A stretch of 64,000 nucleotides of DNA from an uncultured Methanosarcinales archaeon. Lineage in GTDB: Archaea; Nanobdellota; Nanobdellia; Woesearchaeales; DSVV01. The DNA lies in the NCBI GenBank assembly GCA_964593285.1, contig CAZQHZ010000001.1, forward strand, positions 2,124 through 66,123, in the 5' to 3' direction. Positions 48,085-57,176 of this stretch are shown one piece after another (within the stretch, counting starts at the first letter, position 1; every line of letters begins with the position of its first letter). The notes beneath the pieces are model-generated. The model was not told the origin of the DNA, did not search any database, and worked only from the letters and a program-made list of their open reading frames with translations. A program made the translations under genes and the position numbers.

Positions 48085-49130
48085 TGAAATTTTTATTTGC
48101 ATATGAATTTGGAAAATCTTTTATTCCAGATAAAATTAGACCAAATTTGCGAAAATATTTATTTAAAGCAGGTATTGTAAATGAACCTTATTCTTTTTTT
48201 GGAATTTTATTTTATTTTTCTTTAATTTTTTCAATTTCTTTTTATTTTCTATATATTAAATTGTTATTAGATCAGTTTGTTGGACTTGAAAATATTACTA
48301 ATATTTTTTTAAATTTTTTAATAACTTTTAGTTCGATTGTTTTACTAAATTTTTTAATTATAGGTTTTTTTATAGTGATTGTTTATTTTTTTATTGATTT
48401 AATAATTTATAATAGAACTAAAAAATTAGAAGAAATATTACCTTATTTTTTTGATAATTTATCAGCTAATTTAAAATCTGGTATGTCTTTTGATAATGCA
48501 TTATTTATGTCAATAAAACCTGAATTTGGTATTTTAGCAGATGAAATTGCAATAACTGCAAAAAAAGTAATGACTGGAAATGATATTGAATTAGCACTTG
48601 AAGAGTTTTCTAAAAAATATGACTCACCAATGCTTAAGCGTTCAATGGAATTAATTATCAATCAATTAAAAGAAGGAGGTGCAGTTTCTGATATTATTGA
48701 TAAGATTGCTTTTAATTTAAAAAATACAATGGAATTAAAACAAGAAATTAGAACTTCTGTATATAGTTATGTATTATTTATATCAATAATTGTTATTTTA
48801 ATTTCTCCAGTTTTATTTGCATTATCGCAAAATTTATTTGAAATTATTAAAAGCGTTGTTAATGTTTTAGCATTTTCAATGGGTTCAACTGATGCAGTAG
48901 GTTTTAGTGTAAGTGAAATTACAATCACTAAAGAAGTTTTTAATTGGTTTTCATTTATTGCATTAAGTATTATTGCAATTTTTTCTTCAATGATTGTTTC
49001 AATTATAGAAAAAGGTGATATAAAATCAGGAGTAAAATATATTCCTATGTATTTTATCGGTTCGCACGTTGTTTATTTAATTGCATCCAATGTTTTAGGG
49101 ATTGTTTTTGGTGGATTTATTATGAGTTAA
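48084..49130 (+). CDS. Pilus platform membrane protein, second half (single T2SSF domain; FlaJ/TadC-like)
   Basis: 348 aa; same TM-T2SSF-TM layout (...NDIELALEEFSKKYDSPMLKRSMELIINQLKEGGAVSDII...); start overlaps the previous stop (ATGA). Confidence 0.65.
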   Translation: MKFLFAYEFGKSFIPDKIRPNLRKYLFKAGIVNEPYSFFGILFYFSLIFSISFYFLYIKLLLDQFVGLENITNIFLNFLITFSSIVLLNFLIIGFFIVIVYFFIDLIIYNRTKKLEEILPYFFDNLSANLKSGMSFDNALFMSIKPEFGILADEIAITAKKVMTGNDIELALEEFSKKYDSPMLKRSMELIINQLKEGGAVSDIIDKIAFNLKNTMELKQEIRTSVYSYVLFISIIVILISPVLFALSQNLFEIIKSVVNVLAFSMGSTDAVGFSVSEITITKEVFNWFSFIALSIIAIFSSMIVSIIEKGDIKSGVKYIPMYFIGSHVVYLIASNVLGIVFGGFIMS

Positions 49131-50300
49131 TTTATTGTTAATATTTTTTATTGAAATCAAAGGAAAATCTACTATGCTTTTTAATAACCGTGAAAAATGT
49201 TCTGTTATGTAGTTTAAATGTCTAAAAATAGGTAAAATTTTTGGATTAAAAAGATTTGGTATTTTTTCAATTAATTCTACATGTTCAATTCCAATTTTAC
49301 CATAATATAATTTATTTAAATTATTTCCATTTTTTATGAATTTTTTTATTAAAATATATCCTTTAAGATAATTTATATCCTTAGTACAAGCACCAGCTTT
49401 AGTTGTATCACCAAGGCCGCGTTTAGCTCTTAATGTTAATCTAAAAGCCGTATCTTTATTAAAATATTTTCTTAAATTTTCATAAGTTTCTCTAAATGAA
49501 TATTTTAATGCAAAATCTATTGCAATAACTCTTCCAGCATATATTTTTAAAATATAATCATTCAAACAATCATTAATTTCTTCATTATAAACAGCAAGTC
49601 CTTCTTCTGTTTTTAAATATCCTAAAAGTCCTCTTTTAAAAAATAAATAGGGTTGCATTTTTCCGTTTTCAAATCTTGCAACATGTGTTCCTATTTCATG
49701 TACTATTAATCGCTTTAGAAAATTCTCAGAAAATTTCATATCTTTTTTAATATAAATTGTCATTTTATTTGTATTAACAGCAGCTTTTGAAACCATTTCT
49801 TTTTCCTTTACATTCCAAGGAAATCCATATTTTAAAAAAGCAAATTTAAATTTATTAACAACTTGTTTTGATGTATATATTTCTGTTTCTTTTTTAAATT
49901 TAATATGCATAAATTTTTTTGCTTCATTTAATAATTTTTTATTTGGCGAACCATAAATTTTTTTTGAATATTTAGTAAATTTAACATTATCTTTTCTATA
50001 TTGTAGTAGATATGTTTTATCAATGTAATTTTGTTTAATTTCTTCTAATATTTTTCCAATTATAGTATTATTTGTTTTAATTTCTTTTAATTCATTTCGA
50101 ATTTCTTTTAAATTTTCTTTATATTCACTATATTTAAAAATTGGATTGTAATTAATATTTTCAAAAAATTTTTTTTTTTCAGTTTCAACATTTATTGGAT
50201 TAATTGCATAAAATGATAATTTTTTACTTATATTATCTAATTTGAGATCAATTTTATGTAATTTATTAAAAAATAAATCTTTAAATTTAAAATTTACCAT
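49095..50300 (-). CDS. DUF1704 / QEGLA-motif family putative zinc metallopeptidase
   Basis: 401 aa; HExxH-like LIVHEIGTHVARFENG and an EEGLAVYNEE (EGLA) motif; 3' end overlaps the platform gene's 3' end by 36 nt (convergent). Confidence 0.55.
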   Translation of the reverse strand: MVNFKFKDLFFNKLHKIDLKLDNISKKLSFYAINPINVETEKKKFFENINYNPIFKYSEYKENLKEIRNELKEIKTNNTIIGKILEEIKQNYIDKTYLLQYRKDNVKFTKYSKKIYGSPNKKLLNEAKKFMHIKFKKETEIYTSKQVVNKFKFAFLKYGFPWNVKEKEMVSKAAVNTNKMTIYIKKDMKFSENFLKRLIVHEIGTHVARFENGKMQPYLFFKRGLLGYLKTEEGLAVYNEEINDCLNDYILKIYAGRVIAIDFALKYSFRETYENLRKYFNKDTAFRLTLRAKRGLGDTTKAGACTKDINYLKGYILIKKFIKNGNNLNKLYYGKIGIEHVELIEKIPNLFNPKILPIFRHLNYITEHFSRLLKSIVDFPLISIKNINNKLTHNKSTKNNP

Positions 50301-50396
50301 TTTTGTAGTTTATTATAGTATTTAGTATATTTAAATATTTGGTTTTTAAATTTTAAATAAAAAACTTTTTATATTAATAATAGTTTCTAATTAATA

Positions 50397-50825
50397 ATGG
50401 CTATTATTAATAACTTATTAAAATCAAATTTAAATAAATGTAAATGTAAGCGTTTAACTTTTCAAAAACAAAAAGTATATGAATTATTAAAATCTACAAA
50501 AACGCATCCACGAGCAGAAGATATTTTTAATGCATTAAAAAAAATTATTCCAACAATTACTCTTGCAACTGTTTATCGAAATTTACATACATTAGCAAAC
50601 GAAGGTAAAATTTTAAAATTAGAAATAAATAAAGAATATAGATTTGATGCAGATTTATCAAATCATTTACATTTTGTCTGCAATAATTGCAATTGTATTA
50701 TTGATTTACATAATAATGAAATAAATAGTTTTATTAAAAAAAAATTATCAAATTTTAATTTAGAAATAAATTGTATAAATATTATAGTTAAAGGTATTTG
50801 TAATAAATGTCAAAAAGAGAATTGA
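50397..50825 (+). CDS. Fur-family metalloregulator (PerR-like)
   Basis: 142 aa; ...THPRAEDIFNALKKIIPTITLATVYRNLHTLANEGKI... (Fur DNA-binding helix) and C-terminal metal site HLHFVCNNCNCII...C..C. Confidence 0.8.
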   Translation: MAIINNLLKSNLNKCKCKRLTFQKQKVYELLKSTKTHPRAEDIFNALKKIIPTITLATVYRNLHTLANEGKILKLEINKEYRFDADLSNHLHFVCNNCNCIIDLHNNEINSFIKKKLSNFNLEINCINIIVKGICNKCQKEN

Positions 50826-50971
50826 AAATGTTTTTTTATAACCATAATCAAAATTATTATAGTACTAATACATACAATTTATATAAGGAAAATTATGCTC
50901 AAAATAAATGTAGCCATTGTATAAGTTGTGGTTATTGTAAATGATTTTAGAAAAAATAAAAGGTGTTTTAA

Positions 50972-51469
50972 ATGAATGAAAAAGAAGATATTTTTGTTAA
51001 AGCTTTAGAATTTGAAAAAAAAGGTTACAAGTTATATAAAGAAGCAGGAGATAGTTCTTTTAATCCGTTTGTAAAAAAAATATTTTTATTTTTAGCAAAT
51101 GAAGAATTAAACCACATAATGGCTATTGAAAAATATATTAAAGAAAATGATTTAAGTATTAATTTTGGTTTTAATAAAAATGAAGTAAAAGATTTTTTTA
51201 ATATGACTATTGATGAATTTAAAGAAGGAATTGAATTTACTGAAAATGAAATAAAAGTTTATGAAAAAGCATTAGATTTAGAAAAATCAGGATTTGATTT
51301 TTATAAAACTAAAGCAAATGAAACAAATAATAATGAAATTAAAGATTTTTTATTATTTTTAGTAGAGCAAGAAAAAAGTCATTATTTAATGCTTGAAAAA
51401 TCCTTAAAATTCATAAAAAACCCAGTAAACTTTTTTGCATTACAAGAGGACTGGAGTTTTGAGGGTTAA
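50972..51469 (+). CDS. Ferritin-like diiron protein (rubrerythrin family, no rubredoxin domain)
   Basis: 165 aa; two ExxH half-sites (ANEELNHIM, LVEQEKSHYLM) in a four-helix-bundle pattern. Confidence 0.55.
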   Translation: MNEKEDIFVKALEFEKKGYKLYKEAGDSSFNPFVKKIFLFLANEELNHIMAIEKYIKENDLSINFGFNKNEVKDFFNMTIDEFKEGIEFTENEIKVYEKALDLEKSGFDFYKTKANETNNNEIKDFLLFLVEQEKSHYLMLEKSLKFIKNPVNFFALQEDWSFEG

Positions 51470-51491
51470 TTTAAAACAACGAGGTGTAAAA

Positions 51492-52037
51492 ATGGAAAAA
51501 ACAATAGAAAATTTAAAAACTGCATTTGCAGGAGAAAGCCAAGCTAGAAACAAATATGATTATTTTGCTAAAGTTGCAAAAAAAGAAGGATATTTGTATA
51601 TTGCAAAAATTTTTGAAGAAACTGCAATAAATGAAATGCAACATGCAAAAGATGAGTTTAAATTACTTGGTGTCTTGGGAGATACTAAAAAGAATTTAAA
51701 AGAAGCAATTAATGGAGAAAATTATGAACACAAAGACATGTATCCAAAGTTTCAAAAAGAAGCAGAAGAAGAAGGAAATGAAAAGGCAGCAAAATTATTT
51801 AAACAAATTGCAAAAGTAGAAGAGGAACATGAAGCACGATTTAAAAATTTATTAAAGTTAGTTGAAGAAGGAAAGGTCTTTAAAAGAGATAGTGAAATTA
51901 GATGGAAATGTTCTAAATGTGGTTATATTTACAAATCAACAGAGCCACCAGAAGAGTGTCCTTCGTGCAAACATCCAAAAGAATATTATGAACCTGAATG
52001 TATGTGTTTTGAGGATGATTGTAGTTGCTGTAAATAA
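51492..52037 (+). CDS. rbr: Rubrerythrin with a Cys-rich C-terminal extension
   Basis: Starts MEKTIENLKTAFAGESQARNKYDYFAKVAKKEGY... (ferritin-like diiron domain), then a rubredoxin-like WKCSKCGY...ECPSCKHP, then an extra tail ...YYEPECMCFEDDCSCCK. The listed ORF begins at 51435; the Met at 51492, preceded by GAGGTG, is the likelier start. Confidence 0.8.
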   Translation: MEKTIENLKTAFAGESQARNKYDYFAKVAKKEGYLYIAKIFEETAINEMQHAKDEFKLLGVLGDTKKNLKEAINGENYEHKDMYPKFQKEAEEEGNEKAAKLFKQIAKVEEEHEARFKNLLKLVEEGKVFKRDSEIRWKCSKCGYIYKSTEPPEECPSCKHPKEYYEPECMCFEDDCSCCK

Positions 52038-52082
52038 ATTTTATTTTTTTAATTTTTTTATAATAAATAAAGGTTTTTAAAA

Positions 52083-52598
52083 ATGGTAAAATTATTTAGA
52101 TGTGTTATTTGTGGGGATTCATATATTGGGGATAATGCGCCAACAAACTGTCCTTTCTGCGGGGTTTTGGGTGAAAATATTAAAGAATATAAAGATGCAA
52201 ATGTAAATTATGATGTTACATTAAATGAAGTTGATTTAGAAAATGTAAAAAAAGCATTAGATGTTGAAATTAGTAATACTGAATTTTATTTTTCTGCATC
52301 AAAAAAAATGGAAAATAGTGAAGCAAAAAATTTATTTAAAGCACTTGGCAAAATCGAAGCAGAACATGCATCCATTTTTAAGAAAATTTTAAAACTAGAT
52401 TCAATTGAAATTAAGTCAATTGATGTATCTAATGATTATATTGAAATTTTAAATGAATCTAATAGACGAGAACAGCGAGCAATTAATTTTTATAAAGATG
52501 CAGCAAAAGTTTGTGAAAATGAAAGAGTAAAAGAAATCTTTTTAGCATTAATTTATGTTGAAGATGACCATTTGGATTTGTCAAAACAAAGATTATAG
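52083..52598 (+). CDS. Reverse rubrerythrin (N-terminal rubredoxin-like domain + C-terminal ferritin-like domain)
   Basis: 171 aa; N-terminal FRCVICGDSY...NCPFCGV then a diiron helical domain (...KIEAEHASIF..., ...YVEDDHLD...). Confidence 0.75.
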   Translation: MVKLFRCVICGDSYIGDNAPTNCPFCGVLGENIKEYKDANVNYDVTLNEVDLENVKKALDVEISNTEFYFSASKKMENSEAKNLFKALGKIEAEHASIFKKILKLDSIEIKSIDVSNDYIEILNESNRREQRAINFYKDAAKVCENERVKEIFLALIYVEDDHLDLSKQRL

Positions 52599-52608
52599 GT
52601 GAATTAAA

Positions 52609-52992
52609 ATGAATGAAGAAAATGATATTTTTAAGTGCAATATTTGTGGAAATGTTGTTGAATTATTTATTGCAAAACAAGGAAGCTTAGTTTGCTGTGG
52701 TAAGGATATGGTAAAATTAACTGCAAATACAGTTGATGCTGCAGTTGAAAAACATGTTCCAGTAGTTGAGATTAATGATAATATTGTAACTGTAACTGTT
52801 GGAGAAGTAGAGCATCCAATGAATGATGAGCATTATATCAGATTAATAGAATTATTGCAAAATGGTGCTATCATAAAATCAAGATATCTAAAGCCAAATG
52901 AAAAACCTGTTGCAAAATTTGTAGTTGATGATACTTCTAACTTAAAAGCTAGAGAATATTGCAATTTACATGGTTTATGGGCAAATAAATAA
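52609..52992 (+). CDS. dfx: Desulfoferrodoxin (2Fe superoxide reductase)
   Basis: 127 aa; desulforedoxin-like N-domain CNICGNVV...LVCCG; SOR domain EKHVPVVE...VEHPMNDEHYI. Confidence 0.85.
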   Translation: MNEENDIFKCNICGNVVELFIAKQGSLVCCGKDMVKLTANTVDAAVEKHVPVVEINDNIVTVTVGEVEHPMNDEHYIRLIELLQNGAIIKSRYLKPNEKPVAKFVVDDTSNLKAREYCNLHGLWANK

Positions 52993-53018
52993 ATTTTTAT
53001 TTTTTATTTTTAATTAAA

Positions 53019-53657
53019 ATGGATTTAATAACTAAAATTAAAAATTTAAAAAAAACACAAATTAAATTAAGAGTAGATAAAAAACTAAAAGAATTTTCAA
53101 GTTTTAAAAATAAAAATTCTAATGAATGGTTTTCTGAATTATGTTTTTGTATTTTAACTGCAAATTCAAAAGCAAAAACTGCAATTAATATTCAAAATGA
53201 TTTAAAAGCGATTGGTTTTTGTAATTTTTCAGAAAATAAAATTAAAAAGTGCATTATAAAAAATAAACACAGGTTTCATAATAATAAAACTAATTATATT
53301 ATATGTGCACGTGAATTTATTAATATAAAGCAAATAATAAATGAAATTATTAAAAAAGATGATGAAATAGTTTTGAGAGATTTTATTGTAAAAAATATTA
53401 AAGGTCTTGGATATAAGGAAGCTTCACATTTTCTTCGAAATGTTGGTTTTTTTAATTTTGCAATTTTAGATAGGCACATTATAAATTTAATGATTGAAAA
53501 TAAAATAATTAAAGAAAAGCCAAGTAATTTATCTAATAAAAAAACATATTTTGAATTAGAAAAACAAATTTTAAACATTGCAAATAAATTAAAAATGAGT
53601 GCTGCAGAACTTGATTTATATATGTGGTATCTAAAAACTAATGAAGTCTTAAAATAA
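53019..53657 (+). CDS. ogg: N-glycosylase/DNA lyase (archaeal Ogg2-type 8-oxoguanine DNA glycosylase)
   Basis: 212 aa; HhH-GPD-type pattern ...ELCFCILTANSKAKTAINIQNDL... and a conserved Lys/Asp region (...IKGLGYKEASHFLRNVGFFNFAILDRHI...). Confidence 0.7.
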   Translation: MDLITKIKNLKKTQIKLRVDKKLKEFSSFKNKNSNEWFSELCFCILTANSKAKTAINIQNDLKAIGFCNFSENKIKKCIIKNKHRFHNNKTNYIICAREFINIKQIINEIIKKDDEIVLRDFIVKNIKGLGYKEASHFLRNVGFFNFAILDRHIINLMIENKIIKEKPSNLSNKKTYFELEKQILNIANKLKMSAAELDLYMWYLKTNEVLK

Positions 53658-53662
53658 AAAAA

Positions 53663-53932
53663 TTAATTTTTTGAAAAAAATAACATACAATGGCATCTAC
53701 CATCTTTTAATATTTCATCTTTATGATAAATACACGGGCAAATTATTTTTTTATCTTCTTCTTTATTTCCTGTTCTTTTTCTACATGGACAATATATTTC
53801 ACCATATAATTCTTTATTTTTAAAAAGACCAAAAATAATTATTTCTCGTACCTTCTCATTTGGATTTAAAACAAAATTATTTTTAGTAGCATAATTTTCT
53901 AAATATTCTTTTAATTCTTCTTTAGTTTTCAT
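53663..53932 (-). CDS. Ferredoxin-thioredoxin reductase catalytic-subunit-like protein
   Basis: 89 aa; Cys pattern CPCR...CPCIYH...GRCHCMLF matches the FTR-B signature (CPC..x..CPC..H....G.C.C.LF). Confidence 0.65.
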   Translation of the reverse strand: MKTKEELKEYLENYATKNNFVLNPNEKVREIIIFGLFKNKELYGEIYCPCRKRTGNKEEDKKIICPCIYHKDEILKDGRCHCMLFFSKN

Positions 53933-53949
53933 TTTTAAAAATAAAAATA

Positions 53950-54279
53950 TTAAATTTTATTTAAAATTGAATTAATTGCTTCTATAAGCTCTTCTTTTTC
54001 AAGGTATCCAACAATTCTATCAACTTCAGCCCCATTATTAAAAACAATTAAACATGGAATTCCATCAATTGAATATTTACTTGAAATATTTTTAGCATTA
54101 TCTGTATTGATTGTTAAAAATTTCATTTTATCAGTAAATTCATCACTAACTTCTTTAAAAATAGGCTTTAACATAACACAAGGACCACACCAATTAGCAA
54201 AAAAATCAACAATTACAGGCATATTTGATTCTAGTGCTTCCTTTTCAAATTCATTTTCACTAATTTCTTTTACTACCAT
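53950..54279 (-). CDS. trx: Thioredoxin
   Basis: 109 aa; active site WCGPC (FANWCGPCVMLKP), ...GIPCLIVFNNGAEV... Confidence 0.85.
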   Translation of the reverse strand: MVVKEISENEFEKEALESNMPVIVDFFANWCGPCVMLKPIFKEVSDEFTDKMKFLTINTDNAKNISSKYSIDGIPCLIVFNNGAEVDRIVGYLEKEELIEAINSILNKI

Positions 54280-54552
54280 TTTTTTATTACCCCCTTATTA
54301 TCTATTTATATAATAAAAAAATAAAATAGTTTATAAATTTATTTATTTCAAAAATTATAGGTTGAATTAAATAAAAAGAAAAAATATTTTAATTTCTAAA
54401 AAAAATTATGTGAATAGTTTACAATGCATAAATTGTTTTAGTTGTATAAGTAAATGTTCAAAAAATAATGCACTTAAATATAAATTAATTAATTTTAAAC
54501 ATTTTATAAAAAAATAGTTAATTATTTAAATTAAATAATATCAATAAAAAAA

Positions 54553-55209
54553 ATGGGTGATAAAATTATTAATCTTGAATCTTCCTTTTATGATTATGGT
54601 CTTTTAGAAAAAAAGCGAAATCTTTTATTTAATTTAATTATTTTAATTTCAATTTTATTAGTTATATATATATATTATTTCATTGGAAGAAATTATCTGG
54701 GTTTTATCGATGATTTTTTAATTTCTGTATTTAATCATGTAAAATATAATACCGCAATTAGTAATATTAGTTATCTTGGAATGTTTTATATTACTTTTTT
54801 TGGAGGACTTTTTTTTTTAACAATTCCAATTGAACCGATGTTTTTACTAGCAGTTAATAAACCTTTGAATAATCCATTTATTTTAATTATTGTTGCACTA
54901 ACTGGTGCAGTTATATCATATTCAATAAATTATATTTTAGGAAATAAATTTTCAAATTTTGCAAAAAAATTAATTTCAGTTAAACAATTTTACAAATTAA
55001 AAGCCATAATTAATAAACATGGTGGTATTGCAATTTTAGTTTTTAATATCATTGGTTTTGGCTCGCAGCAAATTACATTCATTTTAGGAGTTTTTAGATA
55101 TAATAGAACAAGATTATTTATTTTAGCTTTTAGTGGTCAATTAATTAAATATTTTGGAATTTTAGCATTTGTTTATTTTTTTGATTATATAAAATCCTTT
55201 TTTTTATAA
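54553..55209 (+). CDS. DedA/VTT (SNARE-associated) family membrane protein
   Basis: 218 aa; ...FFGGLFFLTIPIEPMFLLAV... and the G-rich LTGAVISYSINYILG segment typical of the VTT domain. Confidence 0.6.
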   Translation: MGDKIINLESSFYDYGLLEKKRNLLFNLIILISILLVIYIYYFIGRNYLGFIDDFLISVFNHVKYNTAISNISYLGMFYITFFGGLFFLTIPIEPMFLLAVNKPLNNPFILIIVALTGAVISYSINYILGNKFSNFAKKLISVKQFYKLKAIINKHGGIAILVFNIIGFGSQQITFILGVFRYNRTRLFILAFSGQLIKYFGILAFVYFFDYIKSFFL

Positions 55210-55272
55210 ACTTTTATGAAAAAATTTTAAATTAAAAAACATAATAAAAACAAAATTTGAGGTAATATTAAA

Positions 55273-55734
55273 ATGAAAGAAAAATATGAACTAATAGTTG
55301 AAAATGATGCTAATATAAAAGATGAATTTAAATTAAAACAAATCATTGGTAAAAGAATTTTATCAAAAGATGCTGAAGTTATTTCAAAAGTTAAAGATGT
55401 AATAATTAAAGATTTTAATTTAATTGGAATTATTTTTAAAAAAGGATTTAAGACAATTTATTTAGATAAAAAATATATTGAATCAATAAATGAAAAATCA
55501 ATTATGTTAAATGTTAATTTATCAATTAGTTTATTAGGTAAACAAGTTATCGATAAAAATGGGTTAATAGTTGGGCGAGTAAAAAAAGTTATAAGGAAAA
55601 ATAATTCAAATACTTTAGTTGAATTAATTGTAAAAAAAGGAATTTTTGGAAAAGAAATTTCTATTTTAAATGGTGCAATTTCAAAGGTTAGTGAAATGAT
55701 AATTTTAAATAAAGAAATTGATGAAATAAAATAA
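55273..55734 (+). CDS. PRC-barrel-like domain protein
   Basis: 153 aa; two ~60-aa repeats each ending ...LIG/VGRVKKVI... consistent with archaeal tandem PRC barrels; weak call. Confidence 0.3.
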   Translation: MKEKYELIVENDANIKDEFKLKQIIGKRILSKDAEVISKVKDVIIKDFNLIGIIFKKGFKTIYLDKKYIESINEKSIMLNVNLSISLLGKQVIDKNGLIVGRVKKVIRKNNSNTLVELIVKKGIFGKEISILNGAISKVSEMIILNKEIDEIK

Positions 55735-55743
55735 TTTTTTAAT

Positions 55744-57141
55744 TTAATATTTACAATTTTTTGGTGTTCTTGGATATGCTATTGTATCTCTTATATTTTT
55801 CATCCCTGTAAAAAGCATAATTAGTCGTTCAAGACCAAGACCAAAACCTGAATGTGGGATTGAGCCAAATCTTCTAGTATCTAAATACCAGTTATACTCT
55901 TCTTCATTTAATTTAAATTCTTTTACTCGCTTCATTAAAAAATCCATTCTCCACTCTCTCTCAGAGCCACCAATAATCTCTCCAATATTTGCAACTAAAA
56001 CATCAGTACCTCGTACAGTTTCATTATCATCATTTAAATACATATAAAATGCTTTAAATTTTTTTGGAAAATTATATAAAATTATTGGTTTTTTAAAATG
56101 TTTTTCTGTTAGATATTTTTCATGTTCAGATCCTATTTCAACATCCATTGATGGAGATATTTCAAAATTTATCTTTTCATCATCTTGTGCTTTTTTAAGT
56201 ATTTTAATAGCATCTTTATAAGTTAGCCTTTCAAATGTATTATTTCTAATATGTTCTAATGATTCAATTAAGTTTGAGTCAATTTTATTATTTAGAAATT
56301 CTAATTCCTTAAAACATTTTTTTTTTATATAATCAATTAAAAATTTAATAAATTCTTCTTCTAAATCCATTAGTTCGTTAATTGTGTAAAACGCCATTTC
56401 AGGTTCAATCATCCAAAATTCTGATACATGTCTACTAGTATTTGAATTTTCTGCTCTAAATGTTGGACCAAATGTATAAACTTGGTTGTGGCTAAATATA
56501 AATGGTTCAACAGTAATTTGACCCGAAACTGTTAAATTAGTTTCCTTTCCAAAAAAATCTTTTGAATAATCAACTTTGTTATTATTCTTTGGAATGTTAT
56601 TAAAATTTAATGTTGTAACTTTAAACATTTCTCCAGCACCCTCGCAGTCATTTCCTGTAATTATTGGTGTTTGAATATATTCAAATCCTTTTTCTTGAAA
56701 AAATTTATGTATTGCAAATGAAAGTTTGCTTTTGATTCGAAATACTGATTGAAAAGTTGTTGTTCTATTTCTAAGATGAGCATACTCTCTTAAGTATTCT
56801 AATGGAAGTTTTTTTTTTTGAAGAGGAAACGATTCACAAGATGTAGCTAAAATTTCTATTTTTTTTGCATTTATCTCAAATGTTTGACCGCTTCCAGGAG
56901 ATTTAACTAATTTTCCTACCATCTTTAAAGAAGTTCCAATAGTTAAATTTTTAGTTATTTCTTCAAAATTCTCCATTTCTTTTTCTAAAACTATCTGTAT
57001 AGAGTCAATAGTTGTTCCATCATTTAAAGAAATAAATCCAACATTTTTTGAAATTCTTTTAGTTTTAAGCCAACCTTTAAGAATAATATTTTCTTTTTCT
57101 TCTTGTAATTTTAATACATCTATTATTTTTGTATGTTCCAT
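55744..57141 (-). CDS. asnS: Asparaginyl-tRNA synthetase (class IIb)
   Basis: 465 aa; N-terminal OB anticodon-binding domain; motif 2 FRAENSNTSRHVSEFWMIEPEMAF (AsnRS-type); motif 3 ...GSIPHSGFGLGLERLIM. Confidence 0.8.
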   Translation of the reverse strand: MEHTKIIDVLKLQEEKENIILKGWLKTKRISKNVGFISLNDGTTIDSIQIVLEKEMENFEEITKNLTIGTSLKMVGKLVKSPGSGQTFEINAKKIEILATSCESFPLQKKKLPLEYLREYAHLRNRTTTFQSVFRIKSKLSFAIHKFFQEKGFEYIQTPIITGNDCEGAGEMFKVTTLNFNNIPKNNNKVDYSKDFFGKETNLTVSGQITVEPFIFSHNQVYTFGPTFRAENSNTSRHVSEFWMIEPEMAFYTINELMDLEEEFIKFLIDYIKKKCFKELEFLNNKIDSNLIESLEHIRNNTFERLTYKDAIKILKKAQDDEKINFEISPSMDVEIGSEHEKYLTEKHFKKPIILYNFPKKFKAFYMYLNDDNETVRGTDVLVANIGEIIGGSEREWRMDFLMKRVKEFKLNEEEYNWYLDTRRFGSIPHSGFGLGLERLIMLFTGMKNIRDTIAYPRTPKNCKY

Positions 57142-57176
57142 TTAATACCTCTAATTAATAAAAAATTAATTTTATT

